Assembly: GCA_965228895.1 (NCBI GenBank)
Contig: OZ245842.1
Span: forward strand, 4,288,001 to 4,352,000
Reading direction: 5' to 3'
Length of the DNA stretch: 64,000 nucleotides
Source: Alphaproteobacteria bacterium
Lineage (GTDB): Bacteria; Pseudomonadota; Alphaproteobacteria; SP197
Part shown: positions 36,240 through 51,535 of the stretch, in pieces
Layout of the letters: each line of letters starts with the position of its first letter
How positions within the stretch are numbered: position 1 is the first letter of the stretch
Notes under the pieces: model-generated
The model's input: the letters and a program-made list of their open reading frames with translations, nothing else
Database searches by the model: none
What the model was told of the DNA's origin: nothing
Made by a program: the position numbers and the translations under genes

Positions 36240-38714
36240 ATGACCGTGCTCGTGCTGCCATTGCTCCGGAGACGCGGCCAGACCCTCGCGGCGATTCTTG
36301 CCGTGGTGCTGTTTATCGCGTTCGGCAGCCGCATGGCGTTGGCAGAGGACAGCGTCAGCCAACGTGCGACTTTCGACCTAAGCGCCTCCTGGAGCCTCAC
36401 GCTGAACGCCGCGGAAGCTTACATCAATCAGAGCGGCACCACGCCCGAAGAAACGACCTACTTTCTAGAGCAGGCACGACGCGTCGATAAGGAAGTCGAC
36501 ATCGTCACGGCGAACGCCCAAGCGAGGATCGAGCAGATTGACGAGCTCTTGGCGACGATCAACGACGAGCGCCGGGGATCTGCCGGTGACCAGAGCCTGA
36601 TTGACCAGGCGCGCGCCGACCTGGAGCTTGAGCGTTCAGACCGTCTCAACCGGTTGGCGATCGCAGCCATCATGAACGACCGCACGGAAGGCATCATTCA
36701 TGAGCTGGCAAGCGATGAATGGCTGGCATCCGGACTTTGGACACGGTCGACGTTCTCGCCGTCATTGACGACATTCACACAAGCCGTCCCGTCCGCCGGC
36801 TCCATCGTTGCCAGCATCTTGCGCTCGCCGTTGATCTGGATTGCCGAGGTAGACGAGCAACCAGTGGCGGGAGAACAGACGATTTTGGGCCTGCTCGGCC
36901 TGATCGTCACACTGGGGCTGGGATGGGTCGCGCGATACTACATTCTTAAGCGGTTCGGCCGCGATCCCGCGATCAGCGAGCCCAGCTATTCGCGCCGCTT
37001 CATCGCAGCACTGGCGGTCGGCTTTGCCGGCGGCATCATACCGGCGTTCGTTGTCGGCCTGTTTCTCTATGATCTCTCCAGAACCCAGGCGTTTCTGACC
37101 GGCGACTTTGCCGCCGCGCTGCAAGGCGCCGGTTATGCCGTGACGTTTCTGTTCCTGGCCTTCGCCCTGATCAGGGGCGCTCTTTCGCCTGAACTGACGA
37201 CGTGGAAGATCACCGCGCTGACACCCGATTCCGCACGCCGGTTGAGTTGGCGGTGCAAATTGCTGGCGGTCGTCATCGCGATCGACATCTTTTTTACCAT
37301 TGCCGGCAACGCAAGCAGTGTCAGCCCCGCGCTGCGCGCCGTGGAAACGTTCATCACGACGGTCGTCGAGGGCCTGATCCTGCTGTCGCTTGCCTCGCCA
37401 AGTGTTTGGCAGCGCGAGGCATCGGAGGGCCAGACCGGCGCCATCGAAGGCGATCGCGGTGTCATCTCCCACCGCATGTGGGTCTGGATACGCCGCGCGA
37501 CGGCGCTGATCGTCATCCTGGGGCTTGCGAGTTCCATTCTCGGCTACATCGAGCTTGGCGCCTTCCTGGTCAAGAACATGCTGTCGACGGCTATCGTCAT
37601 CGCGATCATGTTCCTGTTGCGCGAAGTCCTGCGTGAAACGATCGGTCTTATCACCCGTTCCTACCTGATGCGCGAGAGACTGCGCGCCAGCCATCGCGCC
37701 CGACGCACGCTCAAGTTCTGGCTACGGTTGATCCTGGATCCGCTGATGGTTGTCCTGGTCCTGCTTATCCTGGCCAACGTTTGGGGCGTGCCGTTCAACC
37801 GGCTCGCCGCCTGGACCGGGGAAGCGCTGGAAGGTTTCAATGTCGGCAACGTACAGATCTCGTTGATCGACGTTGCGCTGGGCATAGCCACTTTCGTCGT
37901 GATCATCGTCGTCGTGCGCCTGATCCAGACCGTACTGCAGGACCACATCCTGCCCGAAAGCGGCTGGGACGAAGGCACGCAACACTCGGTCCTGTCGGTC
38001 CTCAGCTATGTCGGCTTCACCCTGGCGACGGTACTGGGCATTGCCGTCATCGGCGTCGACATGACGACCATCGGTCTGATCGCAGGTGGCCTATCCATCG
38101 GTATCGGGCTGGGTCTGCAAGGCATCGTCAACAACTTCATCTCCGGCATCATTCTCTTGATCGAACGGCCGGTAAAGGTCGGCGATTGGGTCATCGTCGG
38201 CCTGCACGAAGGTTTCGTGAAGCGGGTCAACATCCGTGCCACCGAGATCGAAACCTGGCAGCGGGCCAGCGTTATCGTGCCGAACGCCGAGCTGCTGAAC
38301 ACATCGGTCACCAACTGGACCCACCATGACCGCATGGGCCGCTTGGAGATCAGGCTTCGTGTGCCGCGTGGCACCGATGTCGATCTGGTGCAGGAAATCA
38401 TGCTGGACTGCGCCCAGAAACATGCCAGCGTCTCGTCGTGGCCGGAACCGTCGGCACTGTTCATGGATTTCGGCGAGAACGGTCTGGATTTCGAGCTGCG
38501 CTGTTTCACATCCGACAACGTGTGGGTCTACTTCATCGGCAGCGATCTGCGCTTCGCCATCAACCGTCGTCTGCGCGAGGAAGGTATCGAGATGGCCTTG
38601 CCGCAGCGTGTCATCCATATGGCCGAGGACGAACCGTCACCAAGGCCGCCGCGCGACAAGACCGATGACGACGCAGAGGCAGGTCAACCTGACAAGACTA
38701 GCCCCGCAACGTAG
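36240..38714 (+). CDS. Large MscS-family mechanosensitive channel
   Basis: Periplasmic helical N-terminus, multiple TM helices, IGLGLQGIVNNFISGIILLIERPVKVGDW, VPN..L....V.NW. Confidence 0.92.
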   Translation: MTVLVLPLLRRRGQTLAAILAVVLFIAFGSRMALAEDSVSQRATFDLSASWSLTLNAAEAYINQSGTTPEETTYFLEQARRVDKEVDIVTANAQARIEQIDELLATINDERRGSAGDQSLIDQARADLELERSDRLNRLAIAAIMNDRTEGIIHELASDEWLASGLWTRSTFSPSLTTFTQAVPSAGSIVASILRSPLIWIAEVDEQPVAGEQTILGLLGLIVTLGLGWVARYYILKRFGRDPAISEPSYSRRFIAALAVGFAGGIIPAFVVGLFLYDLSRTQAFLTGDFAAALQGAGYAVTFLFLAFALIRGALSPELTTWKITALTPDSARRLSWRCKLLAVVIAIDIFFTIAGNASSVSPALRAVETFITTVVEGLILLSLASPSVWQREASEGQTGAIEGDRGVISHRMWVWIRRATALIVILGLASSILGYIELGAFLVKNMLSTAIVIAIMFLLREVLRETIGLITRSYLMRERLRASHRARRTLKFWLRLILDPLMVVLVLLILANVWGVPFNRLAAWTGEALEGFNVGNVQISLIDVALGIATFVVIIVVVRLIQTVLQDHILPESGWDEGTQHSVLSVLSYVGFTLATVLGIAVIGVDMTTIGLIAGGLSIGIGLGLQGIVNNFISGIILLIERPVKVGDWVIVGLHEGFVKRVNIRATEIETWQRASVIVPNAELLNTSVTNWTHHDRMGRLEIRLRVPRGTDVDLVQEIMLDCAQKHASVSSWPEPSALFMDFGENGLDFELRCFTSDNVWVYFIGSDLRFAINRRLREEGIEMALPQRVIHMAEDEPSPRPPRDKTDDDAEAGQPDKTSPAT

Positions 38715-39602
38715 TTAATTGGTCTCGCTGCCCGACGCCATCGCAGCGGCGTCCGCCGCAATGCCCTCGCGATAGCTTGGATAGTGAAGCCGGACGCCGA
38801 GCTCGTCCTTGATTCGGCGGTTATCGACCCGCTTGTTGTCGCGATAGAAGCTCTTCGCCATATCCGAAAGCTCGGACTCGTCGAACGGGATCTCAGGCGG
38901 CGGTTCGATGCCGAGCAGATTGCAGACAAAAGCGACAACCTTGTCGGGCGCTTCCGCCTCGTCATCGCAGACATTGTAGATTCGTCCCGGGTGAACCTGC
39001 GCCATCGACGCGCGCAGCACCTGAACGATGTCGTCGACATGAATGCGCGAGAAGACCTGACCCGGTTTGACGACACGCTTGGCTCGGCCCGATTGCACCT
39101 GGCGCAAAACGCCGCGGTCCGGCCCGTAGATTCCGGCGAGTCGGAAGATGTGGACGGGCATGCCGTAGCGTTCGGCCATCATCAGCCACATCTCTTCGGC
39201 CTCCGCACGGCGGCGGCTTCGGTCCATGGTCGGCGCGGCCGGTGTCTCCTCATCCACCCAGCCGCCGTCATGGTCACCATAAACACCGGTCGTCGACAGA
39301 TAACCCGCCCAAACGAGGTCCTCGAGCACGGCAAGGTCGCCACCGTGCCAGAAAACCGGTGGCGCCGGCATGTCCGGTTGGGGCGGGATCGAATCCAGCA
39401 GATGGGTGGTGCCTGCCAATGCCTTCTGCGCGTTCTCCATGGCCGCTGTCGCGTCGAAGACGTGGGTCTCGATACCCTCGCCCTTCAGCGCCGCCTGTTT
39501 GTCCGCAGAACGCACCGTACCGGCAACCGTCCAGCCTTCCGCTTTGAGCGCTCGGGCGAGTGCAAGAGCGCTAAAGCCCAGACCAAAACAGAAAAGCTTC
39601 AT
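38715..39602 (-). CDS. SDR / NAD-dependent epimerase family protein
   Basis: [40 protein letters not shown]. Confidence 0.9.
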   Translation of the reverse strand: MKLFCFGLGFSALALARALKAEGWTVAGTVRSADKQAALKGEGIETHVFDATAAMENAQKALAGTTHLLDSIPPQPDMPAPPVFWHGGDLAVLEDLVWAGYLSTTGVYGDHDGGWVDEETPAAPTMDRSRRRAEAEEMWLMMAERYGMPVHIFRLAGIYGPDRGVLRQVQSGRAKRVVKPGQVFSRIHVDDIVQVLRASMAQVHPGRIYNVCDDEAEAPDKVVAFVCNLLGIEPPPEIPFDESELSDMAKSFYRDNKRVDNRRIKDELGVRLHYPSYREGIAADAAAMASGSETN

Positions 39603-40732
39603 AAAGCAGCGTCCTTCCAATCGGGGTTTTGCCATTCGCTTCGAACATCGGCGTCGTCTTCGTCCGGCAAGTGCCGTGTACGCATGGCGTCGAACCGATC
39701 GGCCGGCACCAGCCGGGCCAGTGCCCAAACCGCCATCGCGCGCACCAAGGCGGACGCATCGTCGAGACGCGCAGCCGCGACATCGGCCAGCGCCACATCA
39801 CCGCTGTTGCCGATCGCGATTAGCACGTTGCGCACAAAGCGGTCCCGCCCCGTCCGCTTGATAGGCGAGCCACTGAACAACGCGCGAAAGGTTGTGTCAT
39901 CGAGGTCGGCCAAATCGGCCAAGCGTGGCGCGGTCAGTTCGACGCGCGGCAGGAACGCCGGTTCGCGTGTGGCGGCGGCAAACTTGTTCCATGGGCAGAC
40001 CGCCAGACAATCGTCGCAGCCGTAGATCCGGTTGCCCATGGGCGCGCGAAACTCACGCGCGATGTGGCCCTTGTGCTCGATCGTCAGGTAGGAAAGGCAG
40101 CGCCGCGCGTCCAGGCGGTAAGGCGCCGGGAATGCGTTGGTCGGGCAGACATCCAGGCAGGCGCGACAGGAACCGCAGTGATCGGCCTCTGGTTCGTCGG
40201 GATCGAGTTCCAGCGTCGTGAAGATCTCGCCCAGAAACAACCAGGAGCCGAACGCTCGCGACACAAGGTTGGTGTGCTTGCCCTGCCAGCCAACCGGCGT
40301 ACGCGCGGCCAGCGGCTTTTCCATCACCGGCGCGGTATCGACGAATACCTTGACCTCGCAGCCCGTCTCGTCGACCACGCGGCGCGCCACCGCCTTCAGG
40401 CGTTTCTTCATGACATCGTGATAGTCGCGGCCCTGGGCATAGACCGAGATCACGGCGCGGTCGCGACGGTCGAGCCGCGCCATCGGGTCGATGTCTGGCC
40501 CGTAGTTGGCGCCAACGACCAATACGCTGCGGACCGACGGCCATAGAGTCGTCGGCGCGGCGCGCTCGTCTATACGACGTTCCAGCCAATCCATATCGCC
40601 GGCATAACCGGCCGAAAGGAAAGCATCCAGATGGGCGCGGCCGACCGCTTTCGGTGTGGTGATGCCGGCCGTGTCGAACCCGGCCTCGCGGGCATAGTGA
40701 AGAAGGCTGTTCCGGCGCGCCTCGGCGTCCAT
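39599..40732 (-). CDS. queG: tRNA epoxyqueuosine(34) reductase
   Basis: [42 protein letters not shown]. Confidence 0.96.
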   Translation of the reverse strand: MDAEARRNSLLHYAREAGFDTAGITTPKAVGRAHLDAFLSAGYAGDMDWLERRIDERAAPTTLWPSVRSVLVVGANYGPDIDPMARLDRRDRAVISVYAQGRDYHDVMKKRLKAVARRVVDETGCEVKVFVDTAPVMEKPLAARTPVGWQGKHTNLVSRAFGSWLFLGEIFTTLELDPDEPEADHCGSCRACLDVCPTNAFPAPYRLDARRCLSYLTIEHKGHIAREFRAPMGNRIYGCDDCLAVCPWNKFAAATREPAFLPRVELTAPRLADLADLDDTTFRALFSGSPIKRTGRDRFVRNVLIAIGNSGDVALADVAAARLDDASALVRAMAVWALARLVPADRFDAMRTRHLPDEDDADVRSEWQNPDWKDAAL

Positions 40733-41400
40733 CAAAAGTCGAGGTCGTCGTAGTGCGACGATGGCCTGAGGCCCGGGATGCGGTCCTCCAGCAGCGGTTG
40801 GAACGAAGGCCTCGACTTGACCCGGGCATACCAGTCGCGCGCGGCGTCCTGATGGGACCACGGCACGTCACCAATGTAGTCGATCGACGAAAGCTGGGCT
40901 GCCGCCGCCACGTCGGCCATGGAGAAGCGTTCGCCGGCCAGCCATGCCCGGCGCTCGGTCAGATAGGCGATGTAGTCCAGGTGAACGCGGATGTTGGCGA
41001 GCCCGGCGCGCACGATGGCGGAGTCCGGCTCGCCGCGGCCCAGAAAGCGTTTCATAACCTTCTCGCCGAACACGTTCCGGGTTGCTTCCTGATAGAACTT
41101 GTCGTCGAACCAGGCGATCAACCGGCGGGTCTCCGCCCGCTCGGCCGGCGTCGCGCCCAAGAGGTCGGGCTGCGGCTGAACCTCCTGGAGGTACTCGGCA
41201 ATCGCACCGCTGTCGACAATAGCCGTGTCGTCAGCCTCGACCAGGACGGGCACACAGCCGGCAGGGTTCAGGCTCAAGAATTCGTCACGCCGCTCCCAGA
41301 CGTTTTCGCCGCGCAGTTCGAACGGCAGCCCTTTTTCTTTCAGGGTGATGCGGACCTTGCGGCAAAATGGCGAGAGCGGCATGTGATAGAGAATGCGCAT
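40732..41400 (-). CDS. fzlA: GST-family FtsZ-binding protein FzlA
   Basis: [31 protein letters not shown]-terminal YDDLDF; adjacent to queG. Confidence 0.8.
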   Translation of the reverse strand: MRILYHMPLSPFCRKVRITLKEKGLPFELRGENVWERRDEFLSLNPAGCVPVLVEADDTAIVDSGAIAEYLQEVQPQPDLLGATPAERAETRRLIAWFDDKFYQEATRNVFGEKVMKRFLGRGEPDSAIVRAGLANIRVHLDYIAYLTERRAWLAGERFSMADVAAAAQLSSIDYIGDVPWSHQDAARDWYARVKSRPSFQPLLEDRIPGLRPSSHYDDLDF

Positions 41401-41530
41401 GCCGCGAAGCTACTTGATGGCGCCGGTGGCGCAAAGGGAGAGATTGGACGCAGGCGATCAAACGTCGTTTGACCGGTCGTCTTGAGGCGTCGGCGGAGTT
41501 TGCGTCCACCCTCGTGGCGGATCGGAAGGG

Positions 41531-42232
41531 CTAAGCCAGGAAATCCGATTCCGGCGTGTTGACGGACAGATCGATGTATTCGACGTACTGGCCGGGCGGC
41601 ACGCGCTTCAGACTGTCATGGGTGACGCACGCCTCGACCAAGGCCTGGACCGGCCCCCGGCTGCCTTTCTTTCGCTCGATGTGGATGGCGGAAGCGCCAC
41701 CGGCGGCAAGCGGGAAAACATCCGCGCAACCGCTCGGTCGCACGGCGAGGTCGTAACCCAGGGCGATCTGATCTTCTGAGAGCAGTTCGAAACGATCGTG
41801 CGCATGGCGACCACGCGCCGACACGATCCAGTTGCTGGTCTCGTCAGGCAGAATGAGGTTCATGGTCGCGAAACACGTTGCCGACGGCCCACTGCCCCAG
41901 TCGACGCCCTCGGGCACGGTAAGGGACAGGCACATCGCGATGGCGCCGGGCAACGAAACACAATCGACCGGCACCGGCGCCAAGGTCAGATGTACATTGT
42001 GCGTCAACGGTTCGGTGTCCTTGCGGGACGTCGCGACCTCGGCGAGTTCCATGTCGGAGAGGCAACCGCGCCGGACCAGAATGGAGGCCAGGCGTCCGCC
42101 ATTGGCGGCCTGGGTTTGTAGCGCGTCAAACAGCTGATGATCGTTGATCAGACCGTATTCCTGCAGCATCCGGCCCAACCGAATATCGGTAGCCTGGATG
42201 GTTGCGCCCGCGCCAGCTGTGCTAATCGCCAT
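41531..42232 (-). CDS. MshEN (c-di-GMP-binding) domain protein with unknown beta-rich C-terminal domain
   Basis: RLGRMLQEYGLINDHQLFDALQTQ followed by RLASILVRRGCLSDMELAEV; GAGGGG RBS. Confidence 0.75.
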   Translation of the reverse strand: MAISTAGAGATIQATDIRLGRMLQEYGLINDHQLFDALQTQAANGGRLASILVRRGCLSDMELAEVATSRKDTEPLTHNVHLTLAPVPVDCVSLPGAIAMCLSLTVPEGVDWGSGPSATCFATMNLILPDETSNWIVSARGRHAHDRFELLSEDQIALGYDLAVRPSGCADVFPLAAGGASAIHIERKKGSRGPVQALVEACVTHDSLKRVPPGQYVEYIDLSVNTPESDFLA

Positions 42233-42392
42233 GTCAGCCCCTCACCTCACGACATCCACGAACGATCAAAAGGATCACCCGTACTACCCATTTTAGTTAG
42301 GACAAATGGATATTCCTGTGACGCCGCGCACAGATCAGCGGCCTGGCAGGGCTGTGGCGGTGGATAACCGGTGGGCGTGTGACGGCCGCGGG

Positions 42393-42528
42393 CTAGAGCA
42401 GATCCTGTTTTGATGGATTCGCTTCGCGATGACATCAAGACAGGTGAATCTGCTCTACTCATCGACAAAGAGCGGATTCACATGGTTGGATGGAACCGTT
42501 AAGCGGTTCCATCCAACCATGATCCGCT

Positions 42529-42532
<4 letters not shown>
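42393..42532. repeat. Palindromic intergenic repeat, copy 2 (two hairpin units, CTAG at both ends)
   Basis: CTAGAGCAGATCC...GAATCTGCTCTA plus AGAGCGGA..CATGGTTGGATGGAACCG-TTAAG-CGGTTCCATCCAACCATG..TCCGCTCTAG; the terminal CTAG contains the gltB stop codon. Confidence 0.88.
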
Positions 42533-47061
<4,529 letters not shown>

Positions 47062-47071
47062 GGCATCCCCC

Positions 47072-48520
47072 TTAGCCGGCAGCGCGCAGAGACGTCTGGT
47101 CCGCGCCGGCCTTGGCTTGCAGATAGTGGTGAATTCCCTCGGCGGCATCCCGCCCGTCGCGCACCGCCCACACGACAAGCGACGCGCCACGCACGATGTC
47201 GCCCGCCGCGAACACGCCATCCAGGTTCGTTGCGCCTGTCGTCAGCTTCGACTTGACCGTGCCCCATTTGGTCGTCACGAGATCGGGCACGTCGAACTGC
47301 GCAGGGATGTCGTCGGGATCGAACCCAAGCGCCTTCAGAACAAGCTGGGCATCTTGCCGGAACTCCGATCCCGGTACCGGCTGCGGCGTCAGGCGACCAC
47401 TTGAGTCAGGCTCGCCGAGCCGCATCTTGACCGCGCGAACGGCATCGACATGGCCGTCGCCCTGGAAGGCTTCGGGCAATGCCAGGAACTCGAAGACAAC
47501 GCCTTCTTCCATGGCATAGGCGACCTCGCGCTGGCTGCCCGGCATATTGCCGCGGTCGCGACGGTAAAGGCAGGTGACGGCGTTGGCGCCTTGGCGCACG
47601 GCGGTGCGCACGCAGTCCATGGCGGTGTCGCCGCCGCCGATCACAACGACGTCCTTGCCGGCCGCGTTCAAGACACCGCTGTCGAACGCCGGCACCACGT
47701 CGCCCAATCCTTTACGGTTGCTCGCGATCAGATAGTCGAGCGCCGGCACGATACCGTCCAGGCCGACGCCAGGCGCCTTGATGTCACGCGCCGTGTAGAC
47801 GCCGGTCGCAATCAGGATGGCATCATGACGCCCGCGGAGTTCCGCGAACGAGACGTCGCGGCCGACATCCGTGTTGGGATAGAGGCTGACACCGCCCTCG
47901 GCCAAGAGGTCGACGCGGCGCGAGACCACATGCTTCTCCAGCTTGAAGTTGGGGATGCCATAGACCATCAAGCCGCCCAGGCGATCGTGCCGGTCATAGA
48001 TCGCAACCTGATAGCCGCGTCGGCGCAGCATTTCGGCCGCCGCCATGCCGGCGGGGCCGGCACCGATAATGCCGACCGACTGCTCGCGTTCGCGCCGCGG
48101 GCGCGGCGGCTTGACCCAGCCGTTCGCGAAGGCAGTCTCGGTGATGTACTTCTCGACCGAACCGATGGTGACGGAGTCGAAACCCTTTTCGATCACGCAA
48201 TTGCCTTCGCAAAGGCGGTCTTGAGGGCAGATGCGGCCGCAGATTTCTGGGAAGTTGTTGGTCGCCGAAGCGACCTCATAGGCCTCCTCGAGCCGATCTT
48301 CGGCGGTCAACATCAGCCAGTCGGGAATGTTGTTATGCAGCGGGCAGTGCACCTGGCAGAACGGAATGCCGCATTGCGAGCAGCGCGACGCCTGTTCGGC
48401 CGCGAACTCACTTTGGAATTCGTCGAATATCTCCGCGAAATCTTCGCGCCGCACGCTGGCGTCGCGCTTGGGTGGCCGGCGCTGCGCCGTATCCACGAAT
48501 TTCAGCAGTTTCGCTGACAT
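47072..48520 (-). CDS. gltD: Glutamate synthase small subunit
   Basis: RCSQCGIPFC..HCP, GRICPQDRLCEGNC, GAGPAG, GGGDTAMDC, GASLVVWA. Confidence 0.97.
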   Translation of the reverse strand: MSAKLLKFVDTAQRRPPKRDASVRREDFAEIFDEFQSEFAAEQASRCSQCGIPFCQVHCPLHNNIPDWLMLTAEDRLEEAYEVASATNNFPEICGRICPQDRLCEGNCVIEKGFDSVTIGSVEKYITETAFANGWVKPPRPRREREQSVGIIGAGPAGMAAAEMLRRRGYQVAIYDRHDRLGGLMVYGIPNFKLEKHVVSRRVDLLAEGGVSLYPNTDVGRDVSFAELRGRHDAILIATGVYTARDIKAPGVGLDGIVPALDYLIASNRKGLGDVVPAFDSGVLNAAGKDVVVIGGGDTAMDCVRTAVRQGANAVTCLYRRDRGNMPGSQREVAYAMEEGVVFEFLALPEAFQGDGHVDAVRAVKMRLGEPDSSGRLTPQPVPGSEFRQDAQLVLKALGFDPDDIPAQFDVPDLVTTKWGTVKSKLTTGATNLDGVFAAGDIVRGASLVVWAVRDGRDAAEGIHHYLQAKAGADQTSLRAAG

Positions 48521-48777
48521 CTCATTCCCCTGGGACCGCCCCGCCATGGGGCTGGACTGGGTCTATAGGAGAAAAACGCAGGCGGTGCGAGGGAAATCGA
48601 CAATATAGGTCAATATAGGTGACACAAGTGAATCTGACTTTTTACGGTTCCCTGACAGCCGTCGACTTTTGCGCCTCACTCAGGAATCTTTAGGTCTGGT
48701 ATACTTACCTATTTATTCCCAACCTATCCACCGCAGGTGGGTGTTAGGATGCCGGCGCAGCCGGTCGGAGGGCGCGT

Positions 48778-49566
48778 TTGACACTATTCCAGCTTGCGGT
48801 GCTGGCGGTTATCCAGGGTATCACCGAGTTTCTGCCCATCAGTTCCTCAGGCCATCTGATTCTGGTTCCCGAACTGACCAGCTGGCCCGATCAAGGGCTG
48901 CTGATCGACGTTGCCGTCCATACGGGTTCCCTGCTGGCGGTGGTGCTCTACTTCATCCGTGATCTCTGGCAGCTGACACGCGGGCTTATCGCGCGCGGCA
49001 GCGCCAGCACGCGGCCCCAGGTCGGGATGCTGATCGCCGCGACCATCCCGGTCGGCATCGCCGGGTTCGCGGTGCACGAGATTGGCCAGGAAAACCTGCG
49101 CGATCCCCAGATCATCGCCTGGGCGACGATCGTCTTCGGCATCCTGCTCTATGTCGCCGACCGCGTCGGCATGACGCTTCGCCGCATGGAACACATGACA
49201 TGGGGCGCAGCGCTCACCATCGGCTTTGCCCAGGTTCTGGCGCTGATCCCGGGCACCAGCCGTTCGGGTATCACCATGACCGCCGCGCGGATGCTGGGTT
49301 TCGAACGGGCCGACGCCGCGCGTTTTTCGATGTTGCTGTCGATCCCGGTCATCCTGGCGGCTGGCCTGCTGGCCGGGATCGACCTCTACCAAGCCGGTGA
49401 CGCCAGACTGACGTCCGCCGCCCTGGTCGCCGGCGGCCTCGCCTTTGTCGCGGCCTACATCGCGATCTGGGGCCTGATGGCGTGGCTGCGCCGCGCTAGC
49501 TTCACGCCGTTCGTCATCTACCGCCTCATCCTGGGCGTCGGCTTGCTGATCTGGCTCTATACCTGA
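48778..49566 (+). CDS. uppP: Undecaprenyl-diphosphate phosphatase
   Basis: QGITEFLPISSSGHL, PGTSRSGIT. Confidence 0.97.
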   Translation: MTLFQLAVLAVIQGITEFLPISSSGHLILVPELTSWPDQGLLIDVAVHTGSLLAVVLYFIRDLWQLTRGLIARGSASTRPQVGMLIAATIPVGIAGFAVHEIGQENLRDPQIIAWATIVFGILLYVADRVGMTLRRMEHMTWGAALTIGFAQVLALIPGTSRSGITMTAARMLGFERADAARFSMLLSIPVILAAGLLAGIDLYQAGDARLTSAALVAGGLAFVAAYIAIWGLMAWLRRASFTPFVIYRLILGVGLLIWLYT

Positions 49567-49589
49567 ACCGTCAGCCGGCCAGCTGACGG

Positions 49590-50540
49590 CTATCCGAACT
49601 TCGGCCGGCCCTTCAGACCGCCACGCCGGTATTGGGCCAGATATGTCGGAACAATGACTTCGACCGTCGTCGGGTTGATGCCCAGCTCAGCCAGTCCCGG
49701 TTTGTCGCCGGACGCCACGTTATCGATCTGCATCAAACGCACCTGATCCGGCGTGACCAGGGGCACCGGCATGAATTGCAGAAACAGCGCCTGCAGGTGT
49801 GCGACCGCATAGGGCAGTGGCAGCAGCTCGCAACGGCGCTGGGTCTCGCGCACGACGATCTTCATGAGGTCGCGGAACGTGTAGACGGTGGGCCCGCCCA
49901 GCTCGAAGACCTGTCCCTGCGTCGCCGGATCGTCCAGGCAGGCGACGATGGCCGAGGCGACGTCACAGACATATACCGGCTGGAACCGCGTCTTGCCGCC
50001 GCCAAACAGCGGCAGCACCGGCGACACCACGGCGAGCTTGGCGAACAGATTGAAAAACCCGTCCTCGGGCCCGAAGACAATGCTGGGCCGGATGATGGTG
50101 GCGCCGGGGAAGGTCTCGGTCACGATCTTCTCGGCGGATGCCTTGGATTTCGCATAAGACGAGGGCGAACTCTCAGAGGCGCCGATCGCCGAAATCTGGA
50201 TCAGACGCTCGACCCCGTGGGCCTTGGCCGCGTTAGCGATATGGCGGGCGGCCTCGACATGGGTGCGCGCGAAGTTCTGGCGGCCGCGCTCATACAAGAT
50301 GCCAACCAGGTTGATAACCGCGTCGGAGCCGCGAATGGCCGCGTCGACCGAAGCCTGGTCACCGACGTTGGCGGCAACCGGGACGATCTGGCCGACATCG
50401 CCCAGCGGCTTCAAGAACAGCGCCGCTTCCGGGTCACGGCCGGCAACAACGATGCGCCAGCCGTCATCGGCCAGCCGCTCGACGAGATAGCGGCCGATAA
50501 AGCCGGAACCGCCGAAGATCGTGATCTGACGTGGTTTCAT
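49590..50540 (-). CDS. Complex I NDUFA9-like SDR protein
   Basis: IFGGSGFIGRY, GDVGQI, VINLVGIL, RPSIVFGPED, FQPVYV.DVA. Confidence 0.92.
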   Translation of the reverse strand: MKPRQITIFGGSGFIGRYLVERLADDGWRIVVAGRDPEAALFLKPLGDVGQIVPVAANVGDQASVDAAIRGSDAVINLVGILYERGRQNFARTHVEAARHIANAAKAHGVERLIQISAIGASESSPSSYAKSKASAEKIVTETFPGATIIRPSIVFGPEDGFFNLFAKLAVVSPVLPLFGGGKTRFQPVYVCDVASAIVACLDDPATQGQVFELGGPTVYTFRDLMKIVVRETQRRCELLPLPYAVAHLQALFLQFMPVPLVTPDQVRLMQIDNVASGDKPGLAELGINPTTVEVIVPTYLAQYRRGGLKGRPKFG

Positions 50541-50620
50541 GGGTTTCTCCAGGCACGGTCGCTGCCGTGTGGCGCGCATCTTATCGCCGGAATTGGGCCA
50601 GGCAAGCGGGCACGAAGCCG

Positions 50621-50649
50621 TTGACAGCGCGGGGCCGTGCGCATAGTGA
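50621..50649 (+). promoter_or_regulatory. Putative sigma70 promoter of tRNA-Leu
   Basis: TTGACA(50621-26)-N17-TAGTGA; perfect -35 and a -10 lacking the last T, as is common in Alphaproteobacteria. Confidence 0.6.
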
Positions 50650-50659
50650 CACAGCCCGG

Positions 50660-50746
50660 GCCCAGGTGGCGGAATTGGTAGACGCGCAGGTTTCAGGTAC
50701 CTGTGGGGGAAACCCCGTGGAAGTTCGAGTCTTCTCCTGGGCACCA
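50660..50746 (+). tRNA. tRNA-Leu(CAG)
   Basis: GCCCAGGTGGCGGAATTGGTAGACGCG CAGGT-TTCAGGT-ACCTG, variable arm, GTTCGAGTC, CCA end. Confidence 0.97.
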
Positions 50747-50813
50747 AGTTCTCGGATCGCACGCCAAATCAGTGCGGTCACAGGCAGGCTTCCTGCGACA
50801 GAACGGTTCCTTT

Positions 50814-51425
50814 ATGGCGCATATTCTTTATCAAGGTGACCTCCCGGACGATCTCGACCTCGGCCCGGTCGTCGCCATCGATACCGAGACCATGGGTCTC
50901 GACCTGAGCCGTGATCGGTTGTGCCTGGTCCAGTTGTCGTCGGGCGACGGCAACGCCCATCTGGTCCAGTTCGCCAAAGGCGCGTATGACGCGCCCAACC
51001 TGAGCGCGCTGTGCGCCAACCCGGATGTTCTGAAGCTCTTTCATTTCGCGCGTTTCGACCTGGCAGCGCTCTATCGCTATCTGGGCATTGTCTGCAGCCC
51101 CGTCTACTGCACCAAAATCGCGTCGAAATTCGTACGCACCTTCACCGACCGCCACGGCCTGAAGGATCTGTGCAAGGAGCTGCTGGACGTCGATATCTCC
51201 AAACAGCAGCAAAGCTCCGATTGGGGCGCGGCGGAACTGACCAACGACCAGCTCAAGTATGCGGCGTCGGATGTGCTGCACCTCCACCGTTTAAGGGAAC
51301 GGTTGGACGAGATGTTGGTCAGGGAGGGCCGTGACGGCTTGGCGAAAGCGTGTTTTGACTTCCTACCGTACCGCGCCCAACTCGACCTTTTGAACTGGGA
51401 CGAGCCGGACATCTTTTCTCACTGA
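50814..51425 (+). CDS. rnd: Ribonuclease D-like 3'-5' exonuclease
   Basis: AIDTETMGL...DRLCLVQ, FHFARFD, TDRHGLK, QSSDWG, YAASDV. Confidence 0.9.
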   Translation: MAHILYQGDLPDDLDLGPVVAIDTETMGLDLSRDRLCLVQLSSGDGNAHLVQFAKGAYDAPNLSALCANPDVLKLFHFARFDLAALYRYLGIVCSPVYCTKIASKFVRTFTDRHGLKDLCKELLDVDISKQQQSSDWGAAELTNDQLKYAASDVLHLHRLRERLDEMLVREGRDGLAKACFDFLPYRAQLDLLNWDEPDIFSH

Positions 51426-51535
51426 TCGCAGGGCAGGGCTTGCGCCGGTTAACGGCGGCCCCACCTATGTGGTAAGTTATTGAAACAAAAAGACGCGCTG
51501 CGCATTAGGGTGGCCGCCACGACGCCCGATTCGGA

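Noticed and set aside
32255-40025. Long opposite-strand ORFs (32255-33352, 34356-35486, 36762-37694, 38784-40025) and the 690-aa version of the GT4 gene
   Set aside because: They are shadows of well-supported genes. The GT4 extension runs antisense through the alpha/beta hydrolase, so the start was set at 35471.
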